Positions 25,952-41,698 of a DNA stretch of 64,000 bases are shown here, one piece after another (positions within the stretch are counted from its first letter, which is position 1; every line of letters starts with the position of its first letter). A program made the position numbers and the translations under genes. A model generated the notes under the pieces. That model saw only the letters and a list, made by a program, of their open reading frames with translations, was not told the DNA's origin and did not search any database. Where the stretch lies: the NCBI GenBank assembly GCA_951406725.2, contig OX597816.1:85870001-85934000 (forward strand). The letters are read 5' to 3'. The stretch comes from Octopus vulgaris (taxonomy: Eukaryota).

Positions 25952-28141
25952 ATGTGTATGTGTGTGTCTGTGTGTGTGTGTGCGTGTATCTCTATACATG
26001 CATGCGCGTGTGTATGTGTGTAGAGTCAAAATGGCACCTTGTACTTGTTACTGAAATGTTTAAAGGCTTAATTCTTACACGCATTGACTTGGTGAAAACG
26101 AGTATTTTGGCATGATTTAATGCTTCTATTGCTGTATATTAAAAAAAAAAACATATCGGAAACAGTTGTAGTGAACCTGCAATGCGCTTGGATGTGGAGT
26201 CTATTGAATACAGTGCAGTGGGTGTAGTGTCTGTACAGATGTGCGACCTTGATTACTCGTCTTATATTCAGTTGGCTACTTCTGATTGTACGCACAGCCG
26301 GAGTACAAATCCGTGTGTACTTTAGTAAGTACGCCTTTCTCTTTGAAATATTGTTTTTAAGCGATAGCAATAGCACAGGTCCGACCTTGGTGCTTTACTA
26401 TTTAAGAACCTGATTCAGTTTTAATATTTAGAGTTATCTGTGTCTGATATTATCGGATTTCCGATATAAATTTTCAAAATCGTGTTCTGTATACCCCAGC
26501 AGTCTTGCTACATATGGTGACGCCATCTAGATTGGCGTACGTACCTTCTATTTTACAGAAATAAAATTTCTGTTAATCCACTGGAAACATGCAAAATTGC
26601 TTTTATGCCAGAAATTAAGACTTTTGAGCTGAAAGAATCGAGCGACTCTCTCAAAAGTTGCAAATTATATATGAATGGAATGCAGTGTCGTCGAAGTTCA
26701 ACAATGAGCAAGCATGTATGTAGATGAATGTATTAATGGTTGCGTAGTATTTAACAATTGAGCCGCATCTGTTACTGTTATCTGTAACAATTTGTGTCCA
26801 ACAGGGTGATTCATTTGGGGTAATAGCAGTTCCTCAAAGTATCTCACGGATTTTCTATCGAATACACTTATTATTGCAAGATATTAAATATACAGAACAT
26901 AGTAATTACTGGTTTAATAATTGGTGATAGATCAGAAATGGCCACAGACATAGTTATATATGGGAGCATAGATAACAACTATGTTTCTGGACAAAATTCC
27001 TCTCCATAAATTGAAATGTTCTCTTAAAGGATACTCAAAAGCAACAACCGAGGAATATGCAGGTAGGTGACGAAGTGAAGAAAACTGCGTGGATGGGTTC
27101 ATATTTCAAAATATTTTTCATTGGTAAAATGAATATATTACTGAAACCATCGATATCACGCCATTATAACGTAAGGTAGGTAACTTTAGAACACACTGAA
27201 ATAGTCGCGTAAAAAGAATGTTGGAACATCTATTGTCATAAACGTTTTAGGAAAGTTTCATGAACAGCTATTTAAATGGTATGCATGCAAGCAAATATCA
27301 AGGAGAAATAGAAAGCTTTATTAGTTGTACGAAAAGGTGTAAGCCCATTGGGGAATATTCTTTTCCTTTTATTTTGAAACAAGTATTTATGCAAGACTGT
27401 TGTAAATTGCTCCATCCCTTGCAATGTGTGTAAATGCTTTTCATCACAACACATTAGAATAGCCTACTGGGACCAACATATTTCACTAAACTTATGAATT
27501 ATTTTCTTTCTTTCTTTTGGAAACGGGAATCATTCTCGAAATGTTATATGGATATTAGAAAGAGCGTTGTAAATTAGTACAAATTTTTTTCTCTTTTTTC
27601 CATTTATTGACATCATATCCTACATATTTTAGCTAACTTCTCACCTGTTTTGCTCAAAGGTTTTTCTCTAAATATTTATATCAAGTATTCATGTATGCCC
27701 TAAATTTAGTTCTACGTCAAAAAAAAAAAAAAACCATTAGACGGAAGTATCATGAAATTTAATAAATTTCGTTTAATTAAATGCCTGTCCTTGCCAGCAT
27801 TATTCTATGTTCCTTTATTACAATTTTTTGTTCAGTGACAAAAATTGTTTTGAATTATAAGCAATTATTATTTACGTGTAATTTCCATCGTATTATGCAA
27901 CTGATACATTGCTGTATCCATTCTAATAATGCCATACGAAAAAATGACAAATGTAATTCGATAACTGTGTTTAGGTGTGTATGTGTGTGGATGATTTTGT
28001 GTACGTTAATTGATAAAAATTGCAAGAGACAGCATAATCTACATATATTCGCAAATCTGTTTGCGATTGTGTGCGTGGGTGTAATTTTTATGTAAATATG
28101 ATTGTACACACACACAAGCACAAACACACATGCACATAGAC

Positions 28142-28187
<46 letters not shown>

Positions 28188-29007
28188 GCGCACACACGCA
28201 CAGGGCCAGAAACTGAAAATCGAATTTTTCGGTATTGACCACGAAATATAGAATTGATTCTATATTGTTCATCATTATTGAATGTATATTATATGTTTCT
28301 GTTTGTAGTTTAATGATCTATACGAATATAAATTTAGTAAATACCAGAAGCCAACGTTATAAAAGATATACACACTTTAGGAATTACTACTATACATTAC
28401 ATGCACACATGGTTTATTGATTTATGACATTAATTATTTTTCTGTTACCAAACGTATCCATGTACACACACTATACACACAAATATACATTCACTCCCAT
28501 TACAGTATATATATATATGTGTGTATATATATATATATGTATATATTTATGTATGTATAACTACATATATATGTATGTGTGTTTGTGTGTGCGTGTGTGT
28601 GTCAATCATTTATGTAAGCGGAGAGCGAGATACATTCGATAGTTGTTGGAGAATATAGAAATTGCATTAATCTTTTAATTACATTTGTGCTTATGATTCA
28701 CACATTACTGATATTTTTTATATATTTTGGGTCCTTTACTTGTCTAATGATTATCAATATAGTTCTTGCTTATTTCCGATTTAGTGGCATGATTGCGTAA
28801 CTTATATTCTTTTTATTGTGATTATGTTCAAAACTATAGTTTTAGATTTTACAGCTGTTTTTATGATATTTAAAAGTAACAGAAGTGACCATGCCAGACT
28901 AATCGACACCTTCTATATAAAAAAAGTATAACTTTATTCTGCAAGTCGCTTTCTATAAGTATCTCTCTGCTCCATCAAGTCTCATAGATTTCACATATAT
29001 ACACAGG

Positions 29008-29059
<52 letters not shown>

Positions 29060-29164
29060 CATATATTATTGTTGTTATTATAATTCAGGTCACTGCCTAG
29101 AATTGTTTTGTTCTATATTATTATGTTTGACCTTAATGTTCATATCTCTTTCTCTCTCTCTCTT

Positions 29165-29373
29165 TTCTCTTTTACTTGTTTCAGTCATTTGACTGCGGCC
29201 ATGCTGGAGCACCGCCTTTAATCGAGCAACTCGACCCCGGGACTTATTCTTTGTAAACCCAGTACTTATTCTATCGGTCTCTTTTTTGCCGAACCGCTAA
29301 GTGACGGGGACGTAAACACACCAGCATCGGTTGTCAAGCGATGCTGGGGGGACAAACACAGACACACACACAA

Positions 29374-29431
<58 letters not shown>

Positions 29432-29596
29432 GACAGGCTTCTTTTAATTTCCGTCTACCAAATCCACTCACAAGGCATTGGTCGGCCCGGGGCTATAGCA
29501 GAAGACACTTGCCCAAGATGCCACGCAGTGGGACTGAACCCGGAACCATGTGGTTTGTTAGCAAGCTACTTACCACACATCCACTCCTGCGCCTAT
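29165..29596 (-). mobile_element. tRNA-derived SINE, family A (best-preserved copy)
   Basis: Minus: ggcgcaggagtggatgtgtggtaag..ggttcagtccc (B box)..cttgggcaagtgtc..internal (TA)/(TG)..ggtgctccagcatggccgcagtcaaatgactgaaacaagtaaaaga tail. Confidence 0.9.
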
Positions 29597-29884
29597 ATGT
29601 AGTGGTTTAATAAATTATGTGATTGGGTATTATCTGTTAGTTGATCATTGATTAAGATGTGTTTCTCCATTTTCTTATTTTGTATTATTAATTTGTGGTA
29701 AAGCATTTTTCCTTTGCCCATATAATACAGTAAATGAATTAATTGCATCGCAATTCTTAACATTTATGTATTACTTTGTTGGGGGTACTTCATTAGCAGT
29801 ATATTGGATATATGTTATCCCATGGAGGGTTGCACTTTTACCACACCTATCTCAATTTGTATATATATATATACATATTTATAT

Positions 29885-29975
<91 letters not shown>

Positions 29976-30785
29976 TACAGGGAGAGAGAGAGAGTAAATA
30001 GAAGTGATGTAAGAGGGTTAGAGAGTGGATGTTTAATCCGTTGTTTTAGAGATGTTTCATAATTCTGTTCGGCATATAATAAATATTACTTCAACATAAA
30101 CATATATAATATAAATACACACATACAAACAAACACACTCATACACAATGGCTATGGAACAACACAAACCCAGGGAAAGAAACAGTAGATAAATACAGTA
30201 AAGTTAAAAGCAGTCAACAAAACCAGAAGAAAAATACATTCAAATGATAATACAAATATAAAAAATAGAAAATTGTTTTGTCGAAGAAATCGGCTTCGAT
30301 GATGAATGCGTGAGGAATAGTGGGACATTCGATTATACCTACAACAGAGCAGTAACCTATTGTGGTTCGCTCGTAAGCAGGTATCGGAGGCTGAAATATT
30401 TCTTGTCACCTAATGCAAAATGAAAAAAAAATATTCGGGCAACGTACTTGTCTAGTGCTAACGTCAAACTGGTTACCGCTGTATCTTGTTACTAAAGCAA
30501 ATAGTCGCTTTCCATCTGGAGAAAAGGTTGATCCAATTTTGAGTATGTAACGAAAACTTCTTGCTTCTCTCCTTTAATGTAATACTACAGCATCACAAGC
30601 AATCCGAAATCCACTAGTAAGCAAATATCGAATATTTTTTCCTTAAAGAAGTCAAGTTGCAATTCTCTTTTTTTTTTTTCTTTTTCGCAGCGCTCTCTTA
30701 GATAAGGTAGATTTTTTTTTGTAGCAGGCATTACTTAAAGTAGTAGTAATAATAGTAGCAACAAAGATAGTAGTATTAGCAGCAA

Positions 30786-30788
<3 letters not shown>

Positions 30789-30867
<79 letters not shown>

Positions 30868-30868
30868 G

Positions 30869-30951
<83 letters not shown>

Positions 30952-30959
30952 CCTCATCA

Positions 30960-31039
<80 letters not shown>

Positions 31040-31040
31040 T
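30789..31040. repeat. (TTA)n microsatellite, ~250 bp
   Basis: Direct reading. Confidence 0.95.
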
Positions 31041-31470
31041 ATAGTAGACCTCCCACAGTATGCAATATCGTGAGGTTGTTACTTGAAGATATTGTGTCTA
31101 CGAGGGTTTGTACTGTTTGTCAAGTCTCAACAAGGACCTCAGACAGACAGTACTTTAGGCAAAATACGTGCAGTTACAGGTAATGTCGACGTTTGCAATA
31201 CACCTAGATTGTAGGGTACTTTTAAAGTCTTCAGATGTTTGTTTTTTTCAGATTGGATGCTATTGAACGCATTGCTCCGATTACTATAGGGATGACCTTT
31301 ATGCTTGACTCTCGTAGCTGCCACATCTTAGCGATCTCAATTCTCAGGTCCCCATATCTATCAACCTTTCTTTCATGATGACATGTTGATATCATGGCAC
31401 TGCCACGTCAATTACTAGGCACACTTGTTTGTCCCTCCCAAAGGCTACCATATCCGGACTTCGGTGTTCT
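31040..31470 (-). mobile_element. R4/Dong-type RLE LINE 3' fragment (decayed)
   Basis: Minus EHRSPDMV..VCLVIDVAVP (PD..D motif); 3' end abuts (TAA)n. Confidence 0.65.
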
Positions 31471-31479
31471 TATTATTAA

Positions 31480-31690
31480 AGCTGCGAGCTGGCAAAATTG
31501 TTAGCACGACGGGCAGAATGAATTGAGATATTTCGTCCGTCCTTAACGTCTGAGACCAAATTCAATCGAGGTCGACTTTGTTTGTCATCCTTTCGGGGTC
31601 GATAAATTAAGTACTAGTAAAACACTGGGGTCGATGTATTCGACTAGTCCCCTGCCCGAAAATTTCAGGCATTATGTTTATAGTAGAAAT
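31480..31690 (+). mobile_element. tRNA-derived SINE, family B
   Basis: gcgagctggca..ttagcacg..gaggtcgacttt..catcctttcggggtcgataaattaagtac..actggggtcgatgta; homologous to 41803-42200. Confidence 0.8.
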
Positions 31691-31709
31691 TATTATTATT
31701 ATTATTATT

Positions 31710-32550
<841 letters not shown>

Positions 32551-32922
32551 TAAACACAAGTAGATTCTAAATACATCACCGCGTGGTATTTGCTCGTTTT
32601 CAAGTGCAGTGGATTTACTTTCATATGAATGCAATACTGAGAAGCAATAGTAATAATAAGATGAAGATTTTTGATAAAAGCAGCTTATTGTAAAACTAGG
32701 GTGAGGGGTTGATTTTATTATAAGAAAGTAATTGTACGTATAACACGTATGAAGTACGCCGCTGTAATAACATTGAACATGTTATTACCTATAATAATAC
32801 TTGGAGTAAAAATATATACAAATACCTTCTTAAGCAATACTTACTATCAAGAAGAGAATTATAAGGTGGGGCAATATATTCTAAGGTATTACAGTTATGC
32901 ACACGCATACAAATACATAGTT

Positions 32923-33005
<83 letters not shown>

Positions 33006-33797
33006 CATACATATTTGTATATCTTCATAGACACTTGTGCGTTCATATTTGCACATGTACGTGATGGAATTATTGAATATAATATCTGCATATTTATACT
33101 GTAAGTATACTTTATTTATAAACTTCTAAAATATGTGTAATAAAACATTTTCTTCCAAGTACAGTAACACTTAAAGGGATCAACAGTGTATAATTTTATA
33201 TCAAATTCTGTAAACATCCATCTGTTGTTCCTATTCTCTGTCGATCTCACTCAATCAGTTTCTCCTCTCTTAGTATATCAATTTGTGTGTGTGGATATAT
33301 GTGTGTGGATATATATGTCTGTGTGGATGAAGTGCTTTTTTCGTGTCTAAAACCGCAAGTATTACGTAAACTTTCATTTAGAACTCTTGCGTAAACTGGC
33401 GTTGCAAATAGAATTGTTACTGGAACAATTATAACGAATCATCGAAAATGCTTTCAAGAAATTTCTTGGTCTTCTTCTTTTCAATGGAGTGTGTATATGT
33501 ATGTATATATATATATATATTACTGAACACTTAATTAATTAATAATTAATTAATTTTACCCTCAATTGTTGAAATTATAATTAATCTCCCTCTAATTAAT
33601 GCTTCGGATTTTACCGAAATAAGCAGAGTGTTTGTTGATTTTAACCCACGCTGGTGGAAAGGGGAGGACAGAAATCCTTCGCTTGCATGTTTGGGTTTGT
33701 TGGCACTGTTAGTTACGAGCAGATCTTCGAAGGCGATGAGAGGCCGAAAAAGTTTGCTCTCACTTTCAGTGTTTTCAGATCCAAACCATGGAGTTTC

Positions 33798-33849
33798 TAA
33801 GCTGATGATAGAAGTGTCTTGATGACTAATCTTGAAACGTACGTTCTCA
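33798..33849 (+). ncRNA. Hammerhead-like motif in a (TA)n-flanked ~500 bp unit (33520-34030, probable pLTR)
   Basis: AG-CTGATGA-tAGA..GTC ttgat GAC..TCTt-GAAA-CGTACG-TT-CT; palindromic ACGTACGT helix III. Confidence 0.55.
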
Positions 33850-34033
33850 AATAACCTTTGCATTTGATTTTTTTATGTCTTTACCCCCAAACTTTCGTGA
33901 GTTGAGTTGACCAAACACTATACGAGAGAGATTTTCTTTAAGTATTAGAAATGGTTTTTAAAAAAGTTTTTTAGCTGCTATTTCTAATGAGTTCAGTATG
34001 CGGCAAAGTAATTTATTTTACTAAGCCCTTTTA

Positions 34034-34100
<67 letters not shown>

Positions 34101-34114
34101 CATACATACATACA

Positions 34115-34145
<31 letters not shown>

Positions 34146-34837
34146 TACTGATGGAGGAACCGACTGCTATGTTTTATTACGGCTGTCTGTCATTCGCAAA
34201 GCCTGGGTGGGCTGAATTCACGCGATCTAACAGTTTCGATGCCTGTAAGCGTATGTTTATGGCCCGCCTGCTATATAAACACGATTGCTTTTATGTACCA
34301 CAAATTCATGTGAGAATTTATATAATGGCAAATTACATAGTATTCACACACACACATATGAGACCAGTTGGTGCGTTGTGTTCGTGTTGTACGATCACTT
34401 TGACACCTGACCCCACATGCCACACAGTACACTTTTTCAGACAACGTCGATTTGATGGAGAGAATGAGCTAATGTGAGGCACGAGCATTTGATCAGTATA
34501 AACAAATCATGTGTGTAGGTCGTTCGGCAAAAGCCGACCGCTCATATGCCGTCTTCGACGGGAAAATCCATTGAGCTTAACCCTAGGCGCAGTAAGAGCC
34601 ACTGAGGAGAATTAAGATGTTCTGCATCAAAATTCGAAATCGCAAGTCATGTTGCTATGCCTGCGAGAGTAGGGAGCTTTGTCTCACTTGTCATTTTGTT
34701 AAAATAGTACTCTTGTGGCTAACGAGTCATTCTAGCAATGCCAGTACCACTTGTACCATCTGTCGCTTTAGTGACGCTCTCTCTCTCTCTCTTTCTATAT
34801 ATATCCACAAACGCACACACACACATACACACACACA

Positions 34838-35050
34838 CGAGGGGGTGTTTAAAATTTCTTGAGTGTGGATAAAAGAAAATACAGGGCGATCAATTATAAT
34901 TTTATTCAACATATTCCCCCTCTTAGGTTCACACACTTAACACCGCGGTTCTTTGTTTTTAAGCCCTGTAAAAGAACTCGGAAATTTGAACCTCCAGACA
35001 GATCTTTTGAGATACCTTTAAAACGAGGAACTTTTCACACATTCCATCGC
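34838..35050. mobile_element. Mariner-derived MITE (copy 1)
   Basis: Starts CGAGGGGG; internal ttattcaacatattcccc..cacacactt is the reverse complement of a mariner-like transposase end; inverse copy at 36397. Confidence 0.6.
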
Positions 35051-35078
35051 GTGTATATACACATATGTGTGTATTCAT

Positions 35079-35145
<67 letters not shown>

Positions 35146-35215
35146 TAGTAATGGTATAACGACAAAAGAACGAATGAGAGCTCGATATTATGTAAATAAA
35201 GGAATTTATTTGTAA

Positions 35216-35596
35216 TAATATAGGTGACAATTTTTCGGTTGCTATAATAAGGCCCTGAGTTTCGGATGTCGGGGCGGAAATCTGCTTCGGCATCTCGTCA
35301 GTTATTAAGACAATCAAAAATGATATGAAAATGCCCGTTAACAAAGGGAAATTACTATGTAAATTACCGTTATTAAGACAAACAAAAGAACTATTACAAT
35401 GTGAGCAGATATCTAATAGCGCTCTTGTTTGTCTTAATAAAGGTCATTTACATTGTAATTTCCCTTTGTTTAACAGACATTTTCATATCATATTTTGATA
35501 GTCTTAATAACTGAGGAGATGCCGGAGCAGATTACCCTCCAGGCATCCGAAACTCGGAGATTTGTTTGGCAACCGAATAATTGTCACATATTATGT
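35216..35596. repeat. ~380 bp imperfect palindrome; each arm carries a decayed hammerhead
   Basis: Arms 35216-35398 and 35414-35596; + arm AATAA-CTGAGGA-GATGCC..GGCATC-cGAAA-CTCGGAG; - arm AATAA-CTGACGA-GATGCC..GACATC-cGAAA-CTCAGGG..TTATT. Confidence 0.8.
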
Positions 35597-35634
<38 letters not shown>

Positions 35635-36396
35635 TTACTCATATCCACCACCACTTAATTGGTACCTGTGATATGCTTGTACATATGGAATCCTATCTCG
35701 CTCCACTCCCTCCAATAGAGGGAATGCAACTCTTAGCATCTTAGCTATGTGAATTCTATAGCTCCCACGATTTTTCAGTGTCTTTTGTTGTTTCAATCAA
35801 CCTGAATCCAAATAATTCTTTCCAGGCAGATACACATTCCCCCATTTCTTCATTCCCATGCTGTTGCTGCTCAATTGATTTATGCTATAATTTATCTCTT
35901 TTATTCTATGAAATCGTTTTGTGTTGTAGACATCCGTTAGCTTTTAAAGAAATTTTCTCGGTTTTCATTCTAACGGATTCTACATAATTTAAGGAGAATA
36001 TCTTTTCATGATCTCTTTTGATTAGATTGCTTTGATGCATTATATATCTCTATGATTCTTTTCTCTTTTTCTTGTTGTGTAGATTTCTTGTACGTCCTAT
36101 CGTTCTAGTACGATCTCCTCCTATCTTTTTTGAGATTTTATATTTCTCTACCCATTTTCCTTTTTAACAAGAGTTGTTACTGAATATACCATTTTGTTTA
36201 ACTTACATATTTTAAGGTTCTAGTTCGTTTCAACCTGTGTCTAACGTTCTGTTGATGTAGTAGCTATTTGTGATATTTTACCCTTGACAGATAACTTCCT
36301 TGGGCCAGAAGAAATGAATTACTTTTAATTCAGTAGTTACTTCTACCATTAGTTTATGAGGATCATGGTTTCTCTTTCATGATTTTAGTTCGTATA

Positions 36397-36613
36397 CGAG
36401 GGGGTACCACAATGTTTCTTACTTTAAGGGTATCGTGAAAGGCCTGTTCGGAGCCCCAACCTTCTGAGCTTTTTACCCATCTTAGAAAAACTGAATGACC
36501 GCTGTAATAAGTGTGTGAATCCGAGAAGGGAATATACTGAATAAAATCATAATTATGTGATCCTCCAGCATCTTCTTTTATCCAAAACCAGCAACTTTTC
36601 AGTAACCCCTCTA
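36397..36613. mobile_element. Mariner-derived MITE (copy 2, opposite orientation)
   Basis: TA-CGAGGGGGTA ... TAACCCCTC-TA; contains aagtgtgtg..gaatatactgaataa (KCV..EYTE*, mariner C-terminus-like). Confidence 0.6.
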
Positions 36614-37919
36614 CAATATATTATTTTATTTATGGTGGTTAGAAGTTTGGCTCCTTCTTCCCCTATGCAATACACCGAGTTCACTGTTTTAAGCAGTCTT
36701 AAAATAACTAGAAGAGAACGAAACGACGGCTAGTCGTACTGGAATATTCCGCTGGATATTTGACTGAAAATAGTACCTATAATAGCCATTATTAACTATA
36801 TAAGACATTACAAAAGTTTCGTAATTTTTGTTTTAATGAAGTTTAATATGTTGTGAAGGACTGATGTAATTCGAGAATTTTGATCAGCTAACATTTAAGA
36901 CAACTCAAGTGCCCTAATGTTGTTAAGTTACAAGAAGTTCTCTTTCTTCTGACTCATGCATAGCTATCATATTAGCAAGTAGACGGTGAATTGTCCCGTA
37001 GAATTCATTCGGATTATATCGCTTATATTAGTAGACGTTCAACTCAACTACTGTGTAAAATATTGCAGACTAGTTAATAATTTCACGGTATACATATGAA
37101 AGTACAATTATTAGATTATCTGGCATTGATTCTTGTGCTTAGTTTTTGTTCTACGTGAAGGAAACATCTAACCATTAACTATGCATCGTTTAGAATACGG
37201 TTCAGAAAGTTGTCCGGTATTGCAGTATGTTGAATGAAAACCGCCCAAATATTGATTGTGATAATGCTTTGAGGAAATTTATGAAAATATCTGTTGTTAT
37301 GCATTCAAGATAAAAAGAAGGGAATTTCTAAAGTTAGAATAAAATATCCAGAGTATATCTACTAAACAATCCAACAAATATATATAGGGAAGCAAATACA
37401 ATTATTTATCTATAAAAATGGCTAATACATTTTCTTCATTAACTTGTACGATATTTGTAAAATGATTGACGTAAGAAAAGGGGGTGGGTGAAGGGTGTTG
37501 AGGTGAGAGTAGGGGGAAGAGAAAGGAGGAGATAGAAGTGGATTACGAAAAAAATATTGGTATTGAAGATAACAACGACGAAGACAATAGTGATGTTAAA
37601 TCTGTAATAGTAAAAGTTATAATTATTAAGACATTTACTATCAACAAGTTCTGCCCATCATCATCTTACACTTCCACAGCAGCATATTCAACATTATCAC
37701 CATGATCATCATCTTCATCATCATAATTATGGTCTGATCGTCATCATGTCGATCATGTTTCAGCTCCCGACAAAAAGATCAATACAAAGAACGTCTGCAT
37801 CATTTGTAGTACAACAAATTACAAATACTAGAAGCGCCGACATTTACATCAAAGTCCTGTATATTAAGACAAAACTATATAGATATTAATAGCACGCACG
37901 ATAACGATTAACAAGAGGT

Positions 37920-38760
37920 TGAATGATGATGATGTTGATGATGACGAAGACGTGGATGAGGATGACGACGACGACGACGATGATGGTTATGATAATGATG
38001 ATCATGACGATTATTACGATGGTGATGATGACGATGACGACAACGTTGACAGGGATGATGATGATGAGGACGACGATGAGGATGATAATGATGATGATGA
38101 CGATAACGACGACTACGATATCGACAGCGACGGTGATGATGATGATGATGAAGACGACGATTATGATGAAGATGACAATAATCATGATGATGACGATGAT
38201 GAAGTTGACGACGACGGGGATGGTGATGATTATGACGGTGATGACGGTGATTATAACGATGACGATGATAATGATAACGATGATGATGATGATAGCGGTG
38301 GTGGTGATAACGATGACGACAACCATGACAACGATGATGATGACGACGCCGACGACGATGAGGATGATAATGATGATGATGACGATAACAACGACGACGA
38401 TGTCGAAAGCGAATATGACAATGATGATAATGATGTTGAGGATGATGATGACGATGATGATGATGAGGATGAAAATGATGATGATGATGAGGATGATGAT
38501 GAGGATGATGATAGTGGTGGTGGTGGTGGTGGTGGTGGTGATGATGATGATAATGATGATGATAATGACGACGTAGGTACTGGTGATGGTGCCGGTGGTA
38601 ATGGTGACGGTGACGCCGATGTTGGTGATGATGGTGACGACTATGTTGATGACAATGATAGGGGAGAGTGATAGCCGTAACTCTGATGATACAGACATCG
38701 CACTTAAGCCTGACGGTAATGAAAAGGATAAAATGCGGGCGATAATGATGATAAAAGTGT
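37920..38760. repeat. (GAT)n/(GAC)n degenerate trinucleotide array
   Basis: Direct reading; open in several frames as poly-D, poly-M, poly-I and poly-H. Confidence 0.9.
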
Positions 38761-38837
38761 TGCACATAACGGTAAAATTAATGGAATTAGTAACAAAAAT
38801 TGCAATAATTCTATGAATACTGTTGGATAAATATTTT

Positions 38838-39030
38838 GGAGGAGGAGAAGGAGAAGAAGGAGGAGGATGAGGAGGAGAAGGAGAACAAGAACAAGAACAT
38901 GAACAAAAAGAAGAAGTAGGAGAAGAAAAACAACAATAACAAAGATGAGGAGAAGAAGAAGGAGGAGGATAGAAGAAGAAAGGAGAAGGAGAAGAAGAAC
39001 AAGAACTAGAAAAGGAACAAGAAGAAGAAG

Positions 39031-39062
<32 letters not shown>

Positions 39063-39342
39063 GAGTGGAAAAAGAAGAAGTAGAAGAAGAAGAAGAAGAA
39101 GAAGAAGAAGAAGAAGAAAGAGAAGAAGTAGAGTGGAAAAAGAAGAAGTAGAAGAAGAAGAAGAAGAAGAAGAAGTAGAGTAGAAAAAGAAAGAGTAGAA
39201 GAAGAAGAAGAAGAAGAAGAAGAAGAAGAAAAAGAAGTAAAAAAATAAGAAGTAGAAAAAGAAGAGGTAGAAGAAGAAGAAGAAGAAGAAGAAGAAGAAG
39301 AAGAAGAAGAAGAAGAAGAAGAAGAAGAAGAAGAAGAAGAAA
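38838..39342. repeat. (GAA)n/(GGA)n polypurine tract
   Basis: Direct reading. Confidence 0.95.
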
Positions 39343-40231
39343 ACATGCTAGTAATTGCTGCGACAGTGATGATATAGAAAATGCGGAAAAGTAAGAGGAG
39401 GACGACGGCGATGAGAAGGAGGAGAAAAATTATGCTGGGGAGTAGAAAGACATGTTGGTATTGGTGATGTTTGTTGGTTTTTCGGTGGCAGCAGTAATGT
39501 TGCTAGGTGAGTTGGTGGGCTTGTCGGTGCCTGCGGCAACGGCATGGTATTGGCTTTTGTGGCGGTATTAACGGTGGTGTTGATATGATAATGATGATGA
39601 TTTTCCATTATTATTATTATTATCACCATCACAATCAAAATTATCGTCATTAATATCGTCGTCGTCTTCGTCGACATCATCACTATTATATTCTCGGAGA
39701 AGAATTTACTAAAGTGAAACAAAAAATATATGAAAGATATTTAAACAAAGACAACAACAACAACAAGAACAACAACAACAACAACAACATTCTCAGCAAT
39801 AACAAGAATATCAACAACAGTGACTAAATTAACAACAACAACAACAACAACAACAGCAACAATACCACGAACATGAAAATCAAAGTCACATCAACAAGTA
39901 TTAGAACAACATTACCGAAGGAGATGAAAGTTATCATGGTACTTACTCAATTATTATTAGAGTTTACACCAATATAGATATTATAGCAAGTATATAGCTG
40001 TACACATATTCTTGAGAATTACACTACTAAACAACCCACAAATAATAACTACGTAGAACGATGCCAACGATAAGAACAATAAATATATAATATCAACTTA
40101 AAAATACAATGATAAAAGCTAACTGCTTCAAAGTAGACGGTACTTTAATCTATTTAATGAAAAACATACATACTCACACACACACATAGTTAAGCAGATA
40201 CGCGCTCGAACAATCTTATGTGTATATAGGT

Positions 40232-40283
<52 letters not shown>

Positions 40284-40366
40284 GTATGTATATATATATA
40301 TATATATATGTACATATATATATATGTGTGAATATATATGTATAAATATATATTTATACGTGTGTA

Positions 40367-40409
<43 letters not shown>

Positions 40410-40604
40410 GTATATATATGTATATGTATATATATGTATATATAAGTATACACATATATAAATATATGTATTCATATATGTCATATATGTATATATGCAC
40501 ACGCACATAGACCCACGCATTTATTCATATATATACCATATATAATATTTAATTTATATATATATATGTGTGTGTGTGTATATGCATATATATGTATGTG
40601 AGTT

Positions 40605-40645
<41 letters not shown>

Positions 40646-41037
40646 TTGTATACGTTCAAAGAAACTTGCTTACTTTCACATAATCATACATATGTATGTT
40701 GGTGCGTAGCAGTGTTTTGTTTCAATATTTCAATGCTATGCAGTTATGGACTGAAGAAATTTATCTAGATTTTTGGCCAAAACTTAGACAAAGATACATG
40801 CAAACAACTTATCCTCATCCAGCATCACTGAATGAACATATGTTGGGGGGCCAAGAAATTAATTTCAATCTCTATCAAGAATATCATTGGCAGTCTGATT
40901 ATCCTGCTATAAACTCCTCGCAAAAATATTACCTATAAATACACTTACTAGAATCCAATGCAATTTTGGAGTCGACCATTTCTTTGAAACCAACTCTTAA
41001 CTGCATCAAAAAAATGTCAATATTAATATATCACCTA

Positions 41038-41232
41038 AGTCGGCGAACTAGCAGAATCGTTGGAACACCTGGTCAAATGTTTATCGGCAGGTCTTTCCGT
41101 CTTCACGTTCCGTCGAGGTCGAATTTACCTTTCATTCTTTTGGGGTCCATAAAATAAGTAACAGTTTCTAAGTTCGGATCAATTGACTTACCCCCTTCCC
41201 GAAATTGCTGGCCTTGTGCTAACTATTGAAGT
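41038..41232 (+). mobile_element. SINE family B (decayed)
   Basis: ggcgaactagcagaatcgtt..gaggtcga..cattcttttggggtc..aataagta. Confidence 0.65.
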
Positions 41233-41479
41233 CAATATTTATATATTTCCCTAGTGAATTATACTAATGTTAGTTAGCAAGGCTTACCCGCCATTAGCAT
41301 ATATTAGAGAATGTAGCGACTTGGGTTACATATACCTCCTATATGGTCTCTTGCATGCTAAAATTAATCACTGTTTAGCTATGCACGAGACCAATTAGTA
41401 AACAATGAAATATAGTATCATAAACCGTGATTACAATAGGGCTTTCAAATCCTTTTCTTCCTCTCTCCCTCTTTGTATT

Positions 41480-41698
41480 ATACATACATACACACATACA
41501 AACATACATACATACATACATACACACACATACATACATACATACACATACATACATACATACATACATACATACATACATACATACATACATACATACA
41601 TACATACATACATACATACATACATACATACATACATACATACATACATACATACATACATACATACATACATACATACACACATACATACATACATA
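41480..41698. repeat. (TACA)n microsatellite
   Basis: Direct reading. Confidence 0.95.

Noticed and set aside
26160-26330. Possible host exon (open frame ending near a GTAAGT donor)
   Set aside because: No convincing acceptor tract and no recognisable protein similarity
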